Shown: piece by piece, positions 58,269-64,000 of the stretch | Layout: each line of letters begins with the position of its first letter | Position numbering within the stretch: the stretch's first letter is position 1 | From: a bacterium | GTDB lineage: Bacteria > UBA8248 | Direction: 5' to 3' | Length of the DNA stretch: 64,000 nt | NCBI GenBank assembly: GCA_965199855.1 | Contig: OZ241326.1 | Location: 1,376,001-1,440,000 of the forward strand | The notes under the pieces: model-generated | What the model saw: only the letters and a program-made list of their open reading frames with translations | Database searches by the model: none | What the model was told of the DNA's origin: nothing | Position numbers and translations under genes: made by a program

Positions 58269-58954
58269 CTACTCCTCAACCACCGGAAAGTAGGGTTTTC
58301 CCCAGAGGCTTTCATGCGGTTTGTCCATCATGAGGTCCACGAAGAGCGGAACGAGAACGGCCATGACGTGCGCGCCGTTCTCTACCTGATCCCGGTTGAC
58401 GCTGCTTTTCCATGTCGCCGATCCGTGGACAATCTGGTTGCGCAGGACGTTGAGGCGGTCGAACAGGATGTTGAGAGCTTTCCGGGTCTCCCCCCCCTCG
58501 CCAGTGCCGCGTGGGCAGCCTCCTTATCCTTGTTGAACGAACTCTCCCAGTGCGCGGAGCCGGAACTGTTCCGGGAATGCCAGAACTCCGCGTAAATATA
58601 TTTATTGTCCAGCAAACCCTTCACGGGCTCGGACAGTTCGTTCGAGAGCGCATCGTGGGCGCGTTTGGAGTCGACCTTGAGGATCTTGCCAAAGAATTCG
58701 TCGTATTTGTCGCGCTCCCCCTTTCGCGGTTCTTCTTCTCTCCTTCAGTCCCGCTTGCCGGCATCCACCGCATAGGCGGCGTTGAAGGCGATCCAGTAGA
58801 ACAGGATAGCCGCGTCATCATCCCCGGCGCACGTCCCGGCGCGTTCAATCCAGCTCAGCGACCGGTGAATGCGCAGCGAGACGTTGTCTGGAAATCCGTC
58901 GCGCAGTTTCTGTTGCTTGTCTTTCAGGGATTTGAAATCGAGTCCGTTCGGCAT
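58269..58954 (-). pseudogene. Disrupted HEPN-domain (Apea-like) protein
   Basis: LRIHRSLSWI..A, FYWIAFNAAYA, LLDNKY, RNQIVHG (RxxxxH), SSVNRDQ; in-frame TGA 58745-58747 and frameshifts in G-runs near 58490-58497 and 58300. Confidence 0.8.
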
Positions 58955-59088
58955 GTCGCGCTCCCGTTCCATCCGTATCCGCCCGCTTAACAAGGCGGCT
59001 CGCAATATACTACAATACGGCTTGAATTCTCTGCGCCGCTTCATCACGACCTCGCCGCGGCGATGATTCCGTCCTGCGAGGGAGCGCC

Positions 59089-60294
59089 ATGCCGGAACCG
59101 GAGACCGCCGCGCCGCTGAGCGGGTTTCGGGCGCTGGCCTTCACCCAGGTCATCGCGGGGCCCTACTGCGCCGCCATGCTCGCCGACATGGGCGCGGAGG
59201 TGGTGAAAATCGAGCGTCCGGGCCTGGGGGACGACACGCGCCGCATCACCCGCTACGAGGGCAGGGAGGCGCACGAGGACTACTTCTACGCCAACAACCG
59301 CTCGAAGAAGAGCGCGGCCATCAACCTGACGACGCGCGCGGGCGGAGAGGCCGCGCGGGAGCTGGCGCGCCGGGCGGACGTCCTGATCGAGAATCTGGCG
59401 CCGGGCAAGATGGCGGCGCTCGGCCTCGGCTGGGAGGAGGCGCGCGCCCTGAACCCGAAGCTCGTCTATTGTTCGCTGTCGGGCTTCGGGCAGAGCGGGC
59501 CCTATCGGGATCGCGTCGGCCTCGACCCGATTCTCCAGGCCGTCTCGGGCGTGATGAGCGTCACGGGAAGCGGGGAGCCGACCCAGATCGGCGCGCCCCT
59601 GGCGGACGTGCTGGCGGGGATGTTCTCCGCCTACGCGGTGGTGAGCGCCCTCCACGCGGCGGGGCGCGAGGGGCGGGGCCGCTTCATCGACGTGAGCATA
59701 CAGGACGCCATGGTGGCCGCGCTGGGCCCCAGGATGGGGGAGACCCTCCAGGCGGGCGTCTCCCCCGGCCGGTACGGAAACGCGAACCCCATGCGGGTTC
59801 CGGCGAACGCCTACCGGACGAGCGACGGGGAATACGTCGCCGTCATCGTCCAGCACGACGGCTTCTGGCCGGGCTTCTGCCGCGCCCTGGGGCTGGAGGA
59901 ATGGCTGGAGGACGCGCGCTACGCGACCGCGCGGTCGCGGGTGGCGCATCGGGAGGAGATAGACGCCCGCGTCTCCGCGGTTTTCGCCTCCCGCCCGATG
60001 GCGGAGTGGGAGGAGCGGCTGGGGGCCGAGCGCGTGGGCTTCTCCGTGGTGAACGACTACGCGCGCGCCCTGGACGACCCGCAAATCAGGCATCGCGGCC
60101 TCGTCCGGGAGGTCGAGCATCCCTTTTCCGGCAAAATCCGCGTCGTCGGCCCCCCGTGGCGCATGAGCGGGGCGCAGGCCGCCCTCCGCCCTCCGCCGAT
60201 GCTGGGCGAGCACACGGGGGAGGTGCTGCGGGAGTGGCTCGGCTGGACGGAGGGCGAGGTCTCGCGCTTCCTGGCGGGGGAGGGCGCGCGATAG
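59089..60294 (+). CDS. CaiB/BaiF family III CoA transferase
   Basis: IAGPYCA.MLADMGAEVVKIERPG.GDDTR, NRSKKS, SGFGQSGPY, PPMLGEHT. Confidence 0.92.
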   Translation: MPEPETAAPLSGFRALAFTQVIAGPYCAAMLADMGAEVVKIERPGLGDDTRRITRYEGREAHEDYFYANNRSKKSAAINLTTRAGGEAARELARRADVLIENLAPGKMAALGLGWEEARALNPKLVYCSLSGFGQSGPYRDRVGLDPILQAVSGVMSVTGSGEPTQIGAPLADVLAGMFSAYAVVSALHAAGREGRGRFIDVSIQDAMVAALGPRMGETLQAGVSPGRYGNANPMRVPANAYRTSDGEYVAVIVQHDGFWPGFCRALGLEEWLEDARYATARSRVAHREEIDARVSAVFASRPMAEWEERLGAERVGFSVVNDYARALDDPQIRHRGLVREVEHPFSGKIRVVGPPWRMSGAQAALRPPPMLGEHTGEVLREWLGWTEGEVSRFLAGEGAR

Positions 60295-60383
60295 GCGCAG
60301 CGGCGCTGAATCGCCCGGAGAATGCGCTTTTGGATGAATCCCCCTGGCTTCACGCCGGCCCGAAGGCCAGAAAGGATGACGCG

Positions 60384-61442
60384 ATGCCTCTCACGCTGAA
60401 ATTCTCTCCACCGACCGCGCCGGGGTTCAGGGCGCTCGCCGCGGCGGCCTCGATGCTCCTCCTCGCGCCCGCCTCCCCCGTCTTCGCCGGGGAGCGGACG
60501 GCCTGCGCGGACGAGGGGCGCGTCCTGAAACTCGGCTTCTACGCCTTCTTCAGGCCCATCAGCTACAGCGCGGGGGAGGATCCGAAGTCCCCCGCCTTCA
60601 ACGAGCATCGGGGCTACGAGGCGGACCTGCTGAGCGCCCTCGAGGCCATGAAGGGCGTGGGGCTCTCGTTCGCCCGGCGGGGCATCGGGGCGTGGAAGAA
60701 CATCTGGCTGCGCCCGGCCGCCGGGGAATACGACCTGGTGGGCGGGGGCATCACCATTCTCGAATCCCGAACGCGCGACGCGGCGGGCGGGAAAGCCGTC
60801 GTCTTCACCTCGGGCCACGTAGCCTTCCGCCAGTCCCTTCTCGCGCGCGCGAAGGACGCTGGGCGGTTCGCCTCCCACAAGGATTTGGGCTCCGACGCGC
60901 GCGTGGGCGTCCTGGCGGGAACGACGGGAGAGGCGCGGCTGCTCCGGCTGACGAGCCTGACCGACGCCGCGGGCGCCCTGGCCGCCGGCGCCCGCGTTCA
61001 GACGCCGCGCGGCGAGGTGGTCGCCGACGGGAGCGCGAACTTCGTCATCACTTCCGGCAGGGCGTCGCCAAGCCTCGCCGGGAGGCGGTCGATCGCCCCG
61101 CCCGCCGAAACCATGCCCCGGGTCGTCTATCTCGGCTCCGAGAGCGGCGAGGCGGAGCTTCTCGCGGCGCTTCGGGAGCGCCGGGTGGACGCGGTGGCGC
61201 GGGGCGAAATCGGCAACCGGGACGCGGCCCACGCCTCCGGCGGGGCGTTCGCCGTCACGGCGCTCGACCCCGCCAGCGAGTATGGCGGCTTCTCGCTCGC
61301 CGCGAAGGACGCGGGGCTGGCCGCCTGCATCAGCGAGAAGATCGACTGGCTCACGGACGGCCGCCGCATCGGCTACCGGGAATGGCGCGCGGACGCTTCC
61401 GTCTTCATGCGCCGCGCCCGGGCGTGGAAGGGCGGAAAGTAA
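60384..61442 (+). CDS. Extracellular solute-binding protein, family 3-like
   Basis: Signal peptide, FYAFFRPISY, GYEADLL, DLVGGGITILESR, VGVLAGTTGE. Confidence 0.75.
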   Translation: MPLTLKFSPPTAPGFRALAAAASMLLLAPASPVFAGERTACADEGRVLKLGFYAFFRPISYSAGEDPKSPAFNEHRGYEADLLSALEAMKGVGLSFARRGIGAWKNIWLRPAAGEYDLVGGGITILESRTRDAAGGKAVVFTSGHVAFRQSLLARAKDAGRFASHKDLGSDARVGVLAGTTGEARLLRLTSLTDAAGALAAGARVQTPRGEVVADGSANFVITSGRASPSLAGRRSIAPPAETMPRVVYLGSESGEAELLAALRERRVDAVARGEIGNRDAAHASGGAFAVTALDPASEYGGFSLAAKDAGLAACISEKIDWLTDGRRIGYREWRADASVFMRRARAWKGGK

Positions 61443-61506
61443 GAGGGGCGGCCTGTCGCCCTCAGCCGCCTCTTCGGCGCGTTCGTTCGACTGAAAGGAG
61501 GACGCC

Positions 61507-61881
61507 GTGATCTTCCAGCGATGGGACGAGATTCCCCGGGTGCGCGTCACCCACGCGAACATTCCCCCCGAGAGCGTCATCGAGCTCCAGATGATCGTGG
61601 GCGAGAACCAGACGCTCGCGCTGTGGACTTTCTCCGAAGGCTCCGAGGTCGCCGCCCACAGGCATCCCCACGAGCAGATGTCCTTCGTCCAGCGCGGCCG
61701 CTTTCTCTTTCGCGTCGAGGGGGAGGGGGAGCGCGAGGTGGGCGCGGGCGAGGTGGTGGTCTGCAAGTCGAACGTCGAACACTGGCTGAAGGCCCTGGAG
61801 GACGGCTCCCAGGATCTCCAGATTTTCAGCCCCCGCCGGGAGGATCTGCTCGAATACGAAGGCGCGTATATTCCGGCTTGA
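61507..61881 (+). CDS. Cupin domain protein
   Basis: HRHPHEQ...SNVEH, IFSPRRED. Confidence 0.85.
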   Translation: MIFQRWDEIPRVRVTHANIPPESVIELQMIVGENQTLALWTFSEGSEVAAHRHPHEQMSFVQRGRFLFRVEGEGEREVGAGEVVVCKSNVEHWLKALEDGSQDLQIFSPRREDLLEYEGAYIPA

Positions 61882-62000
61882 AGGCGGCGCCTGTCGCCCT
61901 TTTCAGCATTCTTACCGCCGATTTCCATGTTGCTCGGATGGGGGAGGGCATTCCGGCCGCTCCGCGCGCGCCGGTGGTTCGCAAAAATATAGCGTTCCGT

Positions 62001-62028
62001 TTGACAGCGAATAATGCTAGCATATCTT
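62001..62028 (+). promoter_or_regulatory. Putative TA operon promoter/operator
   Basis: TTGACA 62001-62006, TATCTT 62023-62028, palindrome ATGCTAGCAT 62014-62023 in the spacer. Confidence 0.5.
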
Positions 62029-62071
62029 TTGTTTGGCATGACGCTCGAACGCCGGGAGAGGAGATCATGCG

Positions 62072-62329
62072 ATGAGCACTACGGTTACAGTCCGCAAGGT
62101 GGATAAAGAGGACAAGGCCTGGCTTGAGCGCGAGGCGAGGCGTCTTGGCGTCTCGATGGAGGAGTTCGTCCGGCGCCTCATCCGGGAAAAGCGCGAAAAG
62201 GCGAAGGAGCGCGCGAAGCCCTCCGAGATATTCAAACGGCATTTCGGGCCTGAGGGCGGGATTGATTTGCCGCCCCGCGCCGGCTATGGCTATCAGCCGC
62301 TCGACCTGACCAGCGGGAAAGAGAGGTGA
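62072..62329 (+). CDS. Ribbon-helix-helix antitoxin (FitA/VapB-like)
   Basis: TVTVRKVD...WL.REA..GVSMEE.VR RHH pattern; GTGA overlap with PIN gene. Confidence 0.82.
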   Translation: MSTTVTVRKVDKEDKAWLEREARRLGVSMEEFVRRLIREKREKAKERAKPSEIFKRHFGPEGGIDLPPRAGYGYQPLDLTSGKER

Positions 62330-62772
62330 GAGAAGCCCTCGCCTATCTCCTCGACGCCAATGTCGTATCGGAAATGATGCGGCGGAAACCGGAGCCCAGG
62401 GTCGCGGCGTTTCTCGACGCCGTTGTCGGAGAGGGACTCGCCCTCGCCTCCGTCACTGTTTGGGAGATACTCGACGGCATCGGGCGTCTCCCGCCAGGCC
62501 GACGGCGCGAGACTCTTGCCGGGCGATTTCAGGGCGTTCTCGAAGATTTGTTCGAGGATCGCGTGCTTGACTGGACTCTCGCCGACGCCCGGGCGTGCGC
62601 CCGCGTGATGGAGGGGAAGCGACGCAGGGGCGAACCTCTTGACGACCACCTGCTGGACGCCATGCTCGCCGGCGCGGCCCTCTCCCGGGGACTCGCCCTG
62701 CTCACGCGAAACCGGAGAGAGTTCCGCAACACCGGCGTCTCCGTCATCGACCCGTGGACGCGCGAACCATGA
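62326..62772 (+). CDS. vapC: PIN-domain toxin (VapC/FitB family)
   Basis: YLLDANVVSE, TVWEI..G, DAMLAG.A, LTRNRREF, IDPW. Confidence 0.9.
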   Translation: MREALAYLLDANVVSEMMRRKPEPRVAAFLDAVVGEGLALASVTVWEILDGIGRLPPGRRRETLAGRFQGVLEDLFEDRVLDWTLADARACARVMEGKRRRGEPLDDHLLDAMLAGAALSRGLALLTRNRREFRNTGVSVIDPWTREP

Positions 62773-62942
62773 GGCGCCGAGCCGGGATATGGCAGAGGAG
62801 GAAATAAGGGAGGGCGACGGGCCTCTGCCAGGGTGGCGGGAACCGCTCCGCCGGGAAAGCGGCGCTTGCGCCCTCCTCCGCCGGGCGGTATTCTCCCCGG
62901 AAGCCGTAGTTCCATGAGGGATTTCCACAGGGAGGATTCGGG

Positions 62943-63383
62943 ATGAGCGGATGGAGAATCCGGCGGCTCCGCGCCGCCCTGCTTCTGGCGCTTCCGTGTT
63001 TTCTCGCCCTTGCCGGATATGAAGGGCGCGCGGAAGGCGCGGAGGCGAGGGTGTTCTTCATCGAGCCGAAGGACGGGGCGGTCGTCAAGGGCGCGGTGAA
63101 GGTCGTGATGGGCCTGGAGGGCATGACCATCAAGCCTTCGGGCAAGGTGGTGAAGGGCACGGGGCATCATCACGTTCTCGTCAACAGGGGCGCCATGCGG
63201 AAGGGCAAGGTGATTCCGACCGACAAGACGCACCTGCACTACGGCAAGGGGCAGACGGAAGCCTCCATCAAGCTCGCCCCCGGCGACTACAGGCTCACCA
63301 TGCAGTTCGCCGACGGCCTCCACCGCTCCTACGGGCCCCGGCTCTCGGCCACCATCCGGGTGAAGGTGCTGCCCGGCGAGTGA
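62943..63383 (+). CDS. DUF4399 domain exported protein
   Basis: Signal peptide, VFFIEPKDG, TGHHHVLV, HYGKGQTE, LAPG.Y.LTMQFADG.H. Confidence 0.85.
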   Translation: MSGWRIRRLRAALLLALPCFLALAGYEGRAEGAEARVFFIEPKDGAVVKGAVKVVMGLEGMTIKPSGKVVKGTGHHHVLVNRGAMRKGKVIPTDKTHLHYGKGQTEASIKLAPGDYRLTMQFADGLHRSYGPRLSATIRVKVLPGE

Positions 63384-64000
63384 GGGGGCGCGGCGGGCGG
63401 CTCGGGGCCCTTCTTTCTCCGCAGGGCGTGGGCGGCTTCTCCCATCAAGATTGGCCATGTCAACACGTTCAGCGGCCCCCTCGCCGCCCTCGGAAAGCAG
63501 GGGCGCTGGGGGCTGATGGTCGCGGTCAACCGAATCAACAAGGCCGGCGGAATCAACGGCCGCAAGGTCGAGGTCGTCGAGCGCGATGACGCCTTCAAAC
63601 CCGCGCAGGCCGCGCGCGAGGTGGAAAAGCTGATCCTGAAAGAAAGAATCGACGCGCTGACGGGCACTTCCAGCAGCGGAATCTGCGTTCAGCTGGCGCC
63701 GGTGGTGAAGCGCTACAAGACCCTGTACGTGCTGGGCACCGGTTGCGAGACTACCAACCTGACGGGCGGCAAGGCGCCCGCCTGCCCGAAATACGCGTTC
63801 CGCCCCTACAACACGACGAAGAGCCAGGCGATCGCCATGGCGCCGTGGGCGATCAAGAACGGGATCAAGACCGCGACCGCCCTGTATATGGACTTCGCCT
63901 GGGGGCAGTCCGTCGCGTTCGACTTCCGCGACGAGTTCAAGCGGCTGGGCGGCAAGTGGATCGATCCCGTGCCCGTCCCCCTCAATACGGCGGACTACAT
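63384..64000 (+). CDS. Branched-chain amino acid (LivJ-type) ABC substrate-binding protein, 5' start missing and 3' end beyond window
   Basis: PIKIGHVNTFSGPLA, INKAGGINGRKVEVVERDD, DFAWGQS; frame open from the preceding TGA with no start before ATG 63516. Confidence 0.75.

Noticed and set aside
58745-58747. In-frame TGA in the HEPN gene as selenocysteine
   Set aside because: No Cys-motif context, no convincing downstream hairpin, and two additional frameshifts indicate decay

Overview
High-GC bacterial chromosomal window with no rRNA, CRISPR array, integrase or transposase. It opens with housekeeping genes (trpA 3' end, leuCDB, asd, mtnP, hemL, ftsB-like, tRNA-fMet). A long catabolic stretch follows: Gfo/Idh/MocA oxidoreductases, amidases, acyl-CoA ligases, a BisC-type molybdoenzyme, acuI, prpE, LLM/F420-type oxidoreductases, cupins, peptidases and a form II coxSLM-like cluster. 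The end holds tRNA-Leu, a HEPN pseudogene and a FitAB/VapBC toxin-antitoxin pair. Most notable observations: (1) a ~360-bp non-coding core present twice (8593-8950, 54871-55229), with a compensatory stem change, short iterated repeats and a parS palindrome (perfect in copy B), embedded in shuffled and inverted GTAG-REP modules; (2) an AhpD/CMD-family gene split in the ORF track by an in-frame TGA in a CxxU motif followed by a SECIS-like hairpin, probably a selenoprotein; (3) a Rieske-cytochrome b-octaheme HAO-like operon whose octaheme appears to lack the cross-linking Tyr; (4) solitary AT-richer genes wedged between core genes, including a divergent RlmJ-like methyltransferase. All protein assignments are from motif recognition by eye; no database searches were run.
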